A stretch of DNA of 49,516 nucleotides from an uncultured Bacilli bacterium. GTDB lineage: Bacteria > Bacillota_I > Bacilli_A > RFN20 > CAG-826. Under the pieces are notes generated by a model, which saw only the letters and a program-made list of their open reading frames with translations, had not been told where the DNA came from and searched no databases. A program made the translations under genes and the position numbers. Shown piece after piece: positions 17,364-27,187 of this stretch; position 1 is the stretch's first letter, and the number at the start of each line of letters is the position of its first letter. The stretch lies in NCBI GenBank assembly GCA_905235705.1, contig CAJOML010000010.1, positions 1 through 49,516 on the forward strand, written 5' to 3'.

Positions 17364-19395
17364 GGAGCACCTCGGCTAAAGAAATGTGGTGAGAAAACAC
17401 AAGGGGGATTGAGGCAACCAATAAGCCAAAAACCACCGCCCCTACTAAAGTCAATGCGATTAGCAAATACGGCACCCCAAATAATTCCGTATAAGGGATC
17501 TCAATCATCTTATCCATCCCAAATCTTCCTTCTAAAAACCGATTTGCAAACCCTTGTAATGGGATCGATACAAGTAAGGCGCCTAAGGCAGAAAGAAAAC
17601 AAATAAACGACGCTTCCCCGGCATAAATCAAAGTCATGTCTTCTTGTTTTGCCCCAAGAACATAAAGAATCGCCACTTCCTTTTTCTTCTTCACGTATGT
17701 CGAAAACGCCATCATCGCCAAAATAATGGCTAAGCTCCCCGCGGCTAAGCCAACCATCATCGCTAGAGCCGACATAAAAGTCGATGATAAAGCTTCAAAA
17801 GAAGAAGCCACCGTATATGTTTCGTTTTCAAATCCATAATTCCGGTCATCTTCATACCGACGGATTAGGTCATATACCTTTTCCATTTCGCTAGGGTCAT
17901 GGGCGAAAACCAAATAACGGTAATTTAGATATGAAGATGAAGGAGAAAGAAGGGAAAGGAAATCGCCAAGGCGAGGTCGGATTAAACCCGCTATCCCGAT
18001 ATTATCCAAAGGGTAGGATTGTAGTTGGGACTCTAAGGCTTGATAGGAATAATAAACACGAGGTGAATTAAGAAAGGAAAACTCCTTCACGACCCCGCTG
18101 ATTTTCATTTCGAAATCAAGAATGATATCTTCCTTTGCCCCGTCTTTTTCAATCGAGGCGATGTTGCTTACTTCAATTAAATCCCCTACTTCGCCTTGGT
18201 AAAAAGAAATGAATTCTTCGTTGACTAGGCATTCCCCCATCGTATTGGCTCGAGGCAATTTCCCTTGGATTAATAAATCACCCCCGCCCTCTTTTAAGGT
18301 AAGATCATAAACAGGGGCAAAACGAACTGGGTCCTGGCTTACTTCATCCAATTTAAAAGAAAGCGATCCCGGAAAGAAAAAAGAATAGTCGGTCTCAAAG
18401 GTCAATCCCTTAATCCCTTCCGTTAAATCTAGGGCCGTCTGCATAGAAGGACGGATTTGCCTAAGCAAAGATAAAGGCGAATTCTCCACCTCGAATCGAT
18501 CTTGCTCATATAGATAGGAAGTTTGGTAAAGAAGGCTCCGACGTTTTTGCTTTTCTAAGGCCTTCCCTTGCCCTGAATAAAACCCAAGTGATAAAAGCAA
18601 GGCCGAAAAACCTAATATGCCCGCGAATAAACAAATGAGGTTCTTTGCAAAATTCCCTTTTAAATTTCGCCATAAAAACGTCTTTCGCCACCCTAAGCCA
18701 TGACCCGCTTTCGTGGATTTGCTTTCTTTTGCTTTCTTAATGGGGATTTTCCGCTCAACGATTTTGCCACCTTTTAGACGAACATAGCCGTCGCAATATC
18801 GATGCACGTATTCCTCGTTATGGGTAACCAAAATCACCAACCTTCTTTTCCCTTCTTGGGACAATATCTTCATCACGGTTTCGGCGTTATTTTCATCTAG
18901 CGCACCGGTAGGTTCATCGGCGAATAAGATTTCCGGATCGCTGACGATGGCCCTAGCGATGGCAACGCGCTGTTTTTCTCCCCCTGAAAGGACATCCACG
19001 TTTTTCTCTTTGAGCCTATCTAGACCTACTTTGCGTAAGGCTTCATTGGTCTTTTTCCTTATCCCGTGTCTTCCTAAAATCTTTAAGGCCATCGCCACGT
19101 TATCAAAAGAAGACATCTTGTCTAGAAGCTGATAATGTTGAAACACATTTGCCGCATAATGCTTTTTAAAAGACGGGGAGAAAATGTCTTCGCCTTTAAA
19201 ACGGATATATCCGGCGCTTGGTTTATCTAAACGCGAAAGCAAATTCAAGAGAGTCGATTTCCCCGAGCCTGATTTGCCCACGATGGCAAAAAGACCCCGT
19301 TCAGGGAAGGCCAGGTCGATATTCGACAAGGCATAAAAAGTCCTTTCACCTTGGGGAAAGGCTTTGCTTAGATGTCTGACGCTTAATAGATACAA
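17353..19395 (-). CDS. fused ABC ATPase + FtsX/MacB-type permease
   Basis: Walker A GKSGSGKST, LSGGEKQR, ADEPTGALD. 1 TM + about 280-aa loop + 3 TM. TTG start with GGAGGG upstream. Overlaps the next ABC gene by 11 nt. Confidence 0.85.
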   Translation of the reverse strand: MYLLSVRHLSKAFPQGERTFYALSNIDLAFPERGLFAIVGKSGSGKSTLLNLLSRLDKPSAGYIRFKGEDIFSPSFKKHYAANVFQHYQLLDKMSSFDNVAMALKILGRHGIRKKTNEALRKVGLDRLKEKNVDVLSGGEKQRVAIARAIVSDPEILFADEPTGALDENNAETVMKILSQEGKRRLVILVTHNEEYVHRYCDGYVRLKGGKIVERKIPIKKAKESKSTKAGHGLGWRKTFLWRNLKGNFAKNLICLFAGILGFSALLLSLGFYSGQGKALEKQKRRSLLYQTSYLYEQDRFEVENSPLSLLRQIRPSMQTALDLTEGIKGLTFETDYSFFFPGSLSFKLDEVSQDPVRFAPVYDLTLKEGGGDLLIQGKLPRANTMGECLVNEEFISFYQGEVGDLIEVSNIASIEKDGAKEDIILDFEMKISGVVKEFSFLNSPRVYYSYQALESQLQSYPLDNIGIAGLIRPRLGDFLSLLSPSSSYLNYRYLVFAHDPSEMEKVYDLIRRYEDDRNYGFENETYTVASSFEALSSTFMSALAMMVGLAAGSLAIILAMMAFSTYVKKKKEVAILYVLGAKQEDMTLIYAGEASFICFLSALGALLVSIPLQGFANRFLEGRFGMDKMIEIPYTELFGVPYLLIALTLVGAVVFGLLVASIPLVFSHHISLAEVLRDE

Positions 19396-19441
19396 AAAAT
19401 CCCTCCATTTCTCTTATACGGAGGGAAGGAGGGAAAGATGT

Positions 19442-19663
19442 TTATTTTTCGACGAGGGGGGCTTCGTGATGGGCGATGACTTTTTTGATTTTGCCATTAA
19501 ATTTATCGCGGTCGATCATCATCACATTGCCACATCCCAAACACATGATTTTGATGTCGGCCCCAACGCGGACGATTTGGAATCTTTTGCTCCTAGCAAA
19601 GCAAGGATGGGACCGCTTCATCTCCACTTCATCATAAAGGTTATATTGAGGGACCTCTACCAT
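19442..19663 (-). CDS. DUF951 family small protein (YyzM-like)
   Basis: 73 aa. The pattern LYDEVEMKRSHPC...IKIMCLGCG..MMIDRDKF is typical of DUF951. Confidence 0.7.
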   Translation of the reverse strand: MVEVPQYNLYDEVEMKRSHPCFARSKRFQIVRVGADIKIMCLGCGNVMMIDRDKFNGKIKKVIAHHEAPLVEK

Positions 19664-21273
19664 GGCTCTTCCTCCATGACTTCGGCAAGGGGAACTTTCG
19701 GCAAGCCAGGCATCGTGAAGATGGTTCCGGTTAAAGGGATGATGAAACCAGAGCCCGTGGCAAGGTTAACTTCGCGGACATGGATATTAAAGCCGCGGGG
19801 GGCACCTTGAATTTTCGGGGAATCGGTAAATGAAAGAGGGGTCTTGGCCATACAGACGAAGAAATTCCCATATCCCATCGCTTCATATTCCTGGAGTTGG
19901 CTTTCGGCTAAAGGCGAATATTCAACGTCGTCTGCTCCATAGATTTCTTTGCAGATACGGGATATTTTTTCTTTAATCGGCTCATTTCTATCATATAAAG
20001 GATGATAGGCGGAAGGCTTTTCTTCCAATGTCTTAACCACAAGTCTAGCGAGGTCAGCAGCGCCTTCGCCTCCATCTTTGAAAGAGGAGTTAATCGCGAC
20101 TTCATAACCTTTCTCCTTGCACCAGGCAAAGAGGGCATCGACTTCATTTTGGGTGTCGCTACCGAAACGGTTAATCGAGACGACGACGGGAAGTCCGAAC
20201 TTCTTGATGTTTTCAAGGTGACGCCCAAGGTTAGGCAAGCCTTTTAATAAGGCCTCGACGTTTTCTTTATCCAAATCTTCGAAGGCCACGCCGACATGGA
20301 GCTTCAAGGCGCGGATGGTCGCAACCATGACGCAGGCATCGGGATGGAGCCCGCCGACGACGGATTTGATATCCAAGAATTTCTCAGCCCCAAGATCGGC
20401 ACCAAAGCCCGCTTCAGTCACAACGATCGGAGCTAGCTTCAAGGCGAGCTTAGTCGCAATCAGGGAATTGCAGCCATGGGCGATATTGGCGAAAGGACCG
20501 CCATGGACAAAGGCGGGGTTATTTTCCAAGGTCTGAACCAGATTAGGTTTGAATGCTTCCTTCATTAAACGCATCACGGCATGGGAGACTTTAAAATCCT
20601 CAACCGTCAATGGCTTACCGTCTTCATCATAGGCAACGATGATTCGTTTAAGCCTGACCAAGAAGTCCTCAGGGGAAGAAGCAAGGCAATAAATCGCCAT
20701 AAGTTCGGAAGCGACGGTAATGCAGAATTCGGAATGATGGGGGATCCCTTTCTTATCATCGAGGGCGACCGTGATCGAACGAAGCGAGCGGTCGTTCATA
20801 TCCAAAGCCCTTTTCCAAACGATGCGGTTAGGATCAATACGGAAAGGGTTACCTTGATATAGGCTGTTTTCGATCACCGCGGAGATAAGGTTAATCGAAG
20901 AAGTCAAGGCATGGAAATCACCATTAAAATGGAGGTCGATATCTTGCCCAGGTTCTAACGAAGCTTTTCCGCCGCCTGTGGCCCCGCCTTTAATCCCGAA
21001 GACAGGACCTAGGGAAGGTTCGCGAAGGCAAAGCATCGCTTTCTTGCCAATATGGGCAAGCCCATCGGCCAAACCGATTGAGGTCGTGGTTTTCCCTTCA
21101 CCGGCTTTGGTCGGGGTGATGGCGGTGACTAAAACAAGTTTGCCGTCCGGGCGAGACTCTAAATCAGGCAAGAAAGACGAATCGATCTTGGCTTTATATT
21201 TTCCATAAGGTTCCACCGCTTCAGCGGGAAGACCCATTTTCTCGGCGATTTTGGTAATTGGCAAAATACTCAT
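19657..21273 (-). CDS. fhs: formate--tetrahydrofolate ligase
   Basis: PTKAGEGKTT P-loop and full-length FTHFS layout. SD CAGGAGG. Confidence 0.95.
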   Translation of the reverse strand: MSILPITKIAEKMGLPAEAVEPYGKYKAKIDSSFLPDLESRPDGKLVLVTAITPTKAGEGKTTTSIGLADGLAHIGKKAMLCLREPSLGPVFGIKGGATGGGKASLEPGQDIDLHFNGDFHALTSSINLISAVIENSLYQGNPFRIDPNRIVWKRALDMNDRSLRSITVALDDKKGIPHHSEFCITVASELMAIYCLASSPEDFLVRLKRIIVAYDEDGKPLTVEDFKVSHAVMRLMKEAFKPNLVQTLENNPAFVHGGPFANIAHGCNSLIATKLALKLAPIVVTEAGFGADLGAEKFLDIKSVVGGLHPDACVMVATIRALKLHVGVAFEDLDKENVEALLKGLPNLGRHLENIKKFGLPVVVSINRFGSDTQNEVDALFAWCKEKGYEVAINSSFKDGGEGAADLARLVVKTLEEKPSAYHPLYDRNEPIKEKISRICKEIYGADDVEYSPLAESQLQEYEAMGYGNFFVCMAKTPLSFTDSPKIQGAPRGFNIHVREVNLATGSGFIIPLTGTIFTMPGLPKVPLAEVMEEEPW

Positions 21274-21319
21274 GAGGAACGCCTCCTGTTGTCATTTATA
21301 TAATCATAGCGACCAGTCT

Positions 21320-22003
21320 TTATTTGATAAGACTGGAAATGCATTTTGAAGCTAAAACTAATCCGGCCGAAGAAGGGACCATCATCATCGAGGCTGGAAT
21401 CACCCCTTTCACCAGAGGAATCTCACTAGACCAGGCCACTTCGACTTGCTTAAGGTCGATGCCTTTTTGGCGGAGAAGATAACGGAATTTTTTAGCCAAA
21501 GGGTCGTCATGGGTTTTATCTAATCTGGTAATGGATACTTTGCTCGCATCTAAGCGATTGGCCATGCCCAAGGAAGAAAGGAAAGGCACGTGATGCTCAA
21601 GACAATAGGAAGCGACCATGACCTTGGCATCCAAATCATCAATCGCGTCGATGACGAAATCATAATCGCTGACGTCGTGATCAAGGAAAAAAGATTCATC
21701 GATCTTCCGCATGATCGGATAAACGTGAGTATCGATATCCAAAGAAGAGATATATTCCAAAGCGACCTCGACTTTGCCCCGTCCGATATCTTTGGAAGTA
21801 AATAATATCTGGCGATTGATGTTGGAAGCGGATACCACATCGAAATCAACGATGCCCAAAGCCCCAACGCCACTTCTAACAAGGGCGATAAGGCAAGTTC
21901 CTCCCACCCCGCCTAGACCTAAAACAAGGACTTTCTTGGATTGCAATTTCGCGAAATTATCTTCACCTAAAAGAAGGCGGTTTCGCTCAAAAATATCAAC
22001 CAT
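21320..22003 (-). CDS. tcdA: tRNA threonylcarbamoyladenosine dehydratase (ThiF/E1-like)
   Basis: VLGLGGVGG Rossmann motif, about 230 aa, TcdA-like. I prefer the start at MVDIFERN (GAGGA upstream). The alternative ATG is at 22036. Confidence 0.75.
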   Translation of the reverse strand: MVDIFERNRLLLGEDNFAKLQSKKVLVLGLGGVGGTCLIALVRSGVGALGIVDFDVVSASNINRQILFTSKDIGRGKVEVALEYISSLDIDTHVYPIMRKIDESFFLDHDVSDYDFVIDAIDDLDAKVMVASYCLEHHVPFLSSLGMANRLDASKVSITRLDKTHDDPLAKKFRYLLRQKGIDLKQVEVAWSSEIPLVKGVIPASMMMVPSSAGLVLASKCISSLIK

Positions 22004-22862
22004 TTGCCTGCAAATCCTCCATAATTTCGTCTTCATTAGAAATCCATTTGATGGGGAATTGATGACGGAAGAAAGTCAGTTGTCTTTTAACATAGTTCCT
22101 CGTGTTTTTCTTGATTAGCTCTTTGCATTCTTCCAAAGAAATCTTCCCGTCGAAATAGGGGAAGCATTCTTTGACCCCGATGGCTTTGAAGGCAGATTGC
22201 TCGCGTCCATATTTCTCAACAAGGCGGCGGTTTTCTTCTAGTAAGCCAGCCTCGAACATGGCCTCCACCCTTTGGTTGACCTTTTCGTAGATTTCCTCGC
22301 GTTCGGTGGTAATACCATAAAAACGGACGTCATAAAGAGGCTTATGCTCTTGGGCGCTTTCGATTTCCGACTTGGCTTTGCCTTGGCTTAGGCAAATCGC
22401 AATCGCACGAAGGACGCGTCTACGATTATTGGGATGGATTTTCTCGCTTGATATCGGGTCAAGCCGTTTTAGTTCATCATGAAGGGATAAATTATCCATC
22501 TTTTCATAACGACTTAAATCAACATCGCTTTCTTCGGTGAATTCATAATCATATAGGCCAGCTCGGATATATAAGCCCGTCCCACCGGCGATAATTCCGC
22601 GCTTAGCAAATTCGGCCAAGCAAGCACGCAGGTCTTTTTGATATTCGGCGACGTTATAAGAAGAATCCAGAGGAATAAAGGAAAAGAGAAAATGAGGTGC
22701 TTGTAAGAATTGGGCATCGCTAGGTTTGGCGGTCGCGATGTTTAATTCTTCGTAGACTTGAAAAGCATCCGCGTTAATGATGTTCGCTTTTAATTTTTTG
22801 GCTAAGGAAATGGCAAGTTCGCTTTTGCCGCTTCCCGTTGGCCCGGTTAAAACGATAATCAC
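21996..22862 (-). CDS. miaA: tRNA dimethylallyltransferase
   Basis: GPTGSGKS P-loop at the N-terminus and MiaA-wide similarity. Confidence 0.95.
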   Translation of the reverse strand: MIIVLTGPTGSGKSELAISLAKKLKANIINADAFQVYEELNIATAKPSDAQFLQAPHFLFSFIPLDSSYNVAEYQKDLRACLAEFAKRGIIAGGTGLYIRAGLYDYEFTEESDVDLSRYEKMDNLSLHDELKRLDPISSEKIHPNNRRRVLRAIAICLSQGKAKSEIESAQEHKPLYDVRFYGITTEREEIYEKVNQRVEAMFEAGLLEENRRLVEKYGREQSAFKAIGVKECFPYFDGKISLEECKELIKKNTRNYVKRQLTFFRHQFPIKWISNEDEIMEDLQANG

Positions 22863-22864
22863 GC

Positions 22865-24625
22865 CTATTCTTTCCTTTCATTAATTAAGGAAGCGACTTG
22901 GACGAGCAATGGTTCAAGGTCTTCTTTGGCCGTTTCGAAATTCTTCACGACAGGATGATTCTCATAAAGGGTTTTGGCCTCCAAATAGGCTTTTTTGGCT
23001 TTTGCATGACCTTCATCATCACCCTTATTTGCATAAGCGACCATCTCTTTTTGGGCATCTTCGATTTGTTGCCTTAGCTTCGATGCGGATTCATCTTCTT
23101 CATAGGCTCTCTTGGCTTCGAAATAAGCTTTGGCCAAAGGTTCATTAGAGAGTTCACGTCCCACTTCTTTTGCCATGATAAGCAAAGGATCATCAACCAA
23201 CTCGCCAATCATCGAATAAGTATGGGACTGGTTGATTTTGACTTCGACGATTTTGCCTTTTAGGTAACTTGGCCCGACAAAGTGAACCAGTTTATTGGAC
23301 TCGGTGTAGCCAGAAAGAAGATTCTCATCTTTCTTCGAAGGCCCATCGACGAGGACTTTATATGTTTTGCCAATCATCGCCTCGGCGTGGGCGGTGACGC
23401 TTTTTTCGATAACTTTGACTAGACGCGTAAAACGTTCGTGTTTGGTGGCTGCATCAACGTCATCTTTCATCGCCGCGGCAGGTGTGCCTTTTCGTGGCGA
23501 ATAAATAAAGGTGAAGGCCGAATCATAGCCCACCTTTTCGCAGACATCCAAAGTGGCTTGGAAATCTTCTTCGGTTTCATCGGGGAAGCCAACGATGATA
23601 TCGGTAGATAAGGCGCAGTCGGGGATTCTCTCCTTAATACGGCGGACCAAATCCAAATATTGAGCTTGGTCATAACGTCTTCCCATGCGGCGAAGGACAT
23701 CATCTGATCCAGACTGGACGGGAAGATGGATGAAATGCATGATGTTAGGATATTTGGCGATGATATCAATCATCTTGTCATCAAAATCCCACGGATGGCT
23801 GGTCATAAAACGAAGACGGGGAATGCCTAGCTTTGCCACTTCTTCCAAAATCGAAGCGAATGAGGTCCCATCATGGAAATCCTTGCCATAGGAATTCACG
23901 TTTTGTCCTAACAAGGTGATTTCCTGGTAGCCTTCTTCGACGAGCTGCTTACATTCGGCGATGATTTCTTCTTTTTGACGGGAACGTTCCCTACCTCTTG
24001 TATAAGGAACGATACAATAGGTGCAGAACTTATCGCATCCATAGGCGATATTGACATATGCCTTATATGGATCTAGGCGAATCGAAGGAAGGTTTTCGAC
24101 GATATCCCCAGGATAAGAGATGACATCGACGATGTCTTTATTCCGCCCTAGGTGTTCATCGATAAGATTGAGCAAATTGGAAATGTTATGGGTGCCGAAA
24201 ACAATATTGACATAAGGATAGGTGGAGACGATTTTCTCGGCCGCCTTCTCTTCTTGCATCATGCATCCGCAGACGGCCATGACGAAAGATTTGTCACGGG
24301 TATGATTGGCTTTGAATTTGCCGATTTCCCCATAGACTTTTTCTTCGGCGTTTTCCCTCACCGCGCAGGTATTGACGATAACTAAAGAAGCGCTAGTTTC
24401 ATCAGTTGCCTTGCAAAAACCGGCTTTTTCTAAATATCCGGCCATGATTTCGCTATCGCGGACATTGGCTTGGCAACCAAATGTTTTGATCAGATACGTC
24501 CTTCCCTTGGCGAAATTTTTGACGCGTTCAGGAACGAGTATTTCCTCGGCTTTGATTAAGGGGAGGTCCACGCGGTTCCTCGCTTTGGACATATCCGGTA
24601 ACGATTTATAAACTTTTCTACCCAT
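22865..24625 (-). CDS. miaB: tRNA-2-methylthio-N6-dimethylallyladenosine synthase with an extra C-terminal YlbF/YmcA-like helical domain
   Basis: UPF0004 domain (TFGCQANVRDSE), radical-SAM CDKFCTYC and a TRAM domain. About 130 further residues are rich in K/E/A and end ...NHPVVKNFETAKEDLEPLLVQVASLI. Confidence 0.9.
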   Translation of the reverse strand: MGRKVYKSLPDMSKARNRVDLPLIKAEEILVPERVKNFAKGRTYLIKTFGCQANVRDSEIMAGYLEKAGFCKATDETSASLVIVNTCAVRENAEEKVYGEIGKFKANHTRDKSFVMAVCGCMMQEEKAAEKIVSTYPYVNIVFGTHNISNLLNLIDEHLGRNKDIVDVISYPGDIVENLPSIRLDPYKAYVNIAYGCDKFCTYCIVPYTRGRERSRQKEEIIAECKQLVEEGYQEITLLGQNVNSYGKDFHDGTSFASILEEVAKLGIPRLRFMTSHPWDFDDKMIDIIAKYPNIMHFIHLPVQSGSDDVLRRMGRRYDQAQYLDLVRRIKERIPDCALSTDIIVGFPDETEEDFQATLDVCEKVGYDSAFTFIYSPRKGTPAAAMKDDVDAATKHERFTRLVKVIEKSVTAHAEAMIGKTYKVLVDGPSKKDENLLSGYTESNKLVHFVGPSYLKGKIVEVKINQSHTYSMIGELVDDPLLIMAKEVGRELSNEPLAKAYFEAKRAYEEDESASKLRQQIEDAQKEMVAYANKGDDEGHAKAKKAYLEAKTLYENHPVVKNFETAKEDLEPLLVQVASLINERKE

Positions 24626-25412
24626 GAATCCTCTCCTTCTTAATTACCATATTAATCGGCTTGATTTCTTTTGAGAGCCTCGTATCGGGGTCGATATCGA
24701 TAACGACGGCATTAACCCTAGCATCAGACTCTTCATCTATGCGAAGATGATTCTCTCCGTAGACAAAAACGTCGATCGAAGATTCAGGATCAAAGCCAAG
24801 CACCGATTCAGCCATCCCACAGCACCCCACATCGCTAATAAAGGCGGTCCCATTTGGCAATACATGTGCATCGCTAGTTTGAACATGGGTATGGGTTCCC
24901 ACAACGGCTGAAACAAGTCCATCAAAGTAATGGGCGAAGACACCTTTTTCCGAAGTCGCCTCACCATGGAAATCAACGAATATCATTGCGTTAGGGAATT
25001 TTTCGATGAGCTCATGCATGTTGATGGTCGCGGAGGTGACTTCTTCTTTCATGAAGACTTTCCCTAACATATTCACAACCACGATTTCCCCTTCATCGGT
25101 CTCATAGCTTTGATAGCCGCTTCCGTAATCATAATCTTTAAGGTTATAAGGACGGATAAGGCGATCGCAGTCATCGATAAAAGAGTCGATTTGCTTTTTC
25201 GAGCGATAATGGTTACCTAGGGTAATCGCATCCACTCCGGCATCCACCAATTCTTCATAATCACGGTAAGTGATGCCTCTGCCTCCGGAAACGTTTTCCC
25301 CGTTGGCGATAATAAAATCGATTTGCTCTTGTTTAGACAAAATAGGGATGGCAGCTTTAACAGCCTCCACCCCTAAACGTCCTACGATGTCACCGAAAAA
25401 GAGGACGCGCAT
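24618..25412 (-). CDS. ymdB: YmdB-type metallophosphoesterase (2',3'-cyclic-nucleotide phosphodiesterase)
   Basis: MRVLFFGDIVGRLG, GNH, and conserved position directly downstream of rny. Confidence 0.9.
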   Translation of the reverse strand: MRVLFFGDIVGRLGVEAVKAAIPILSKQEQIDFIIANGENVSGGRGITYRDYEELVDAGVDAITLGNHYRSKKQIDSFIDDCDRLIRPYNLKDYDYGSGYQSYETDEGEIVVVNMLGKVFMKEEVTSATINMHELIEKFPNAMIFVDFHGEATSEKGVFAHYFDGLVSAVVGTHTHVQTSDAHVLPNGTAFISDVGCCGMAESVLGFDPESSIDVFVYGENHLRIDEESDARVNAVVIDIDPDTRLSKEIKPINMVIKKERIHG

Positions 25413-25416
25413 TGTT

Positions 25417-26991
25417 TTATTTGGCTAATTCGCTAGCCCGGTATTCGCGGATAACCGAGATTTTGATTTGGCCGGGATAAGTCACTTCGGATTCGATCTT
25501 TTCGCGGAGTTGCTGAGCCATTAAGACAGCCTCGGCGTCGGAAACCTTTTCAGGGATAACCATGACACGAACTTCACGGCCGGATTGCATCGCGTAAGCT
25601 TGGGAAACGCCATCGAAGGATTTGGCGATGGTTTCAAGCATTTCAATACGCTTGATATAGGTTTCAAGGGTTTCGCTTCTTGCCCCGGGGCGAGCAGCCG
25701 ATAAGGCGTCGGCGGCTGCGACAAGGTGAGAGATGATATATCTAGCTTCGACATCGCCATGGTGGGATTCGATGGCATTGATGACAACATCGTTTTCACC
25801 AGCCTTTTTGGCAAGGGCGGCACCGAGTTCAACGTGAGAACCTTCTTGTTCGAAGTCGATGGCTTTGCCGATGTCGTGGAGAAGACCAGCTCTCCTGGCA
25901 AGGTTAACGTCTAAGCCAAGTTCGCCTGCCATTAAGCCGGTAAGATAAGCGACTTCCAAGGAATGAGTCAACACGTTTTGCCCATAGGAAGTACGGTAAT
26001 GGAGGCGCCCTAAGCAATTGACGAGTTCGCGGTTAAGACGGGGAAGGCCGAGTTTGAAGGCGGCTTCTTCACCGAATTTCATGGTGGATTGATTGACTTC
26101 TTCTTTGACTTTGGCAACCACTTCTTCGATACGGCCAGGTTGGATACGTCCATCCTTGACTAAATATTCGAGGGTGCGTCTAGCGATTTCGCGGCGGATC
26201 GGATCAAAGCAAGAAACGGTGATGGCTTCAGGGGTATCGTCGATAACCAAATCAACGCCGAGTTCTTGTTCTAAGACGCGGATATTACGTCCTTCGCGTC
26301 CGATGATGCGGCCTTTCATTTCATCGCTTGGTAGGGCCACGACGGAAACATTACGTTCGGTTGTGACGTCTTGGGCATAACGTTGGCAAGCGATGGAAAG
26401 AAGGTTTTTGGCTTTGGCTTCGGCGGTATCCCTAGCTTCGTCTTCGGCGTTTTTGATGTAGGCGGCGATTTCCATCGACATGCGGGATTCGACCCTGGCC
26501 ATGATTTCGTCATGGGCTTCTTGGGTGGACATGCCAGAGACTTTTTCGAGTTCGACGATGATGGAATCGATTTTAGAATCGAGTTCGGCCTGGCGTTTTT
26601 GATATGAGGCGATCGAATTGTCGAGCTGTTCTTTCTTGCTATCAAGGTTCTTTTCCCTCTCCAATAGCATCGATTCACGGCTTTCAAAAGCCTGAATACG
26701 AAGGGAGAGCTTTTGCTCCTCGGCAGCAAGTTCGCCCTTACGGACGCGGATTTCGTTATCCGTCTTTTCCTTTTCTTCGAAAGCGATTTGCTTAGCGTCT
26801 AACTGAGCGCTTTTGACGAGATGTTCAGCTTTGACCTTGGCATCTTTCAAGATGGAATCAGCGGTTTTTGTGGCAGCGGAGGCCTTTCCCCTAGAGATGA
26901 GGAAAAAGATGAGGACGGTAATGCCTGCGGCAGCGGCGATTGACCCAAATAAAACGCCGAGCCAACCTCCTGTTGAAAGTAAAATATTCAT
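25417..26991 (-). CDS. rny: ribonuclease Y
   Basis: N-terminal TM helix, coiled coil, KH domain ([12 protein letters not shown]) and HD domain (LHDIGK). ATG at 26991 with GGAG upstream; the ORF track's TTG at 27012 was trimmed. Confidence 0.95.
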   Translation of the reverse strand: MNILLSTGGWLGVLFGSIAAAAGITVLIFFLISRGKASAATKTADSILKDAKVKAEHLVKSAQLDAKQIAFEEKEKTDNEIRVRKGELAAEEQKLSLRIQAFESRESMLLEREKNLDSKKEQLDNSIASYQKRQAELDSKIDSIIVELEKVSGMSTQEAHDEIMARVESRMSMEIAAYIKNAEDEARDTAEAKAKNLLSIACQRYAQDVTTERNVSVVALPSDEMKGRIIGREGRNIRVLEQELGVDLVIDDTPEAITVSCFDPIRREIARRTLEYLVKDGRIQPGRIEEVVAKVKEEVNQSTMKFGEEAAFKLGLPRLNRELVNCLGRLHYRTSYGQNVLTHSLEVAYLTGLMAGELGLDVNLARRAGLLHDIGKAIDFEQEGSHVELGAALAKKAGENDVVINAIESHHGDVEARYIISHLVAAADALSAARPGARSETLETYIKRIEMLETIAKSFDGVSQAYAMQSGREVRVMVIPEKVSDAEAVLMAQQLREKIESEVTYPGQIKISVIREYRASELAK

Positions 26992-27111
26992 AATCACTCC
27001 TAAATCGACCAAAAGTCCTTCGCGGATAAGTATGGGAATCTATCTATAAGGGCGGCGCCCTAGAAAGTTACCAGATATAACGAGCTTGTACCTTTGGTAC
27101 GAATGTATTCT

Positions 27112-27155
27112 AACAATAAAACCCGCGCTTGTTTACAAAAGAATTTCAGCGCGGG
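27112..27155 (-). terminator. terminator downstream of the phosphofructokinase gene
   Basis: CCCGCGCU...AGCGCGGG stem followed by UUUUAUUGUU on the minus strand. Confidence 0.7.
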
Positions 27156-27187
27156 AAAAAGGCAAGGGACGTGGCTTTATTATTGCC

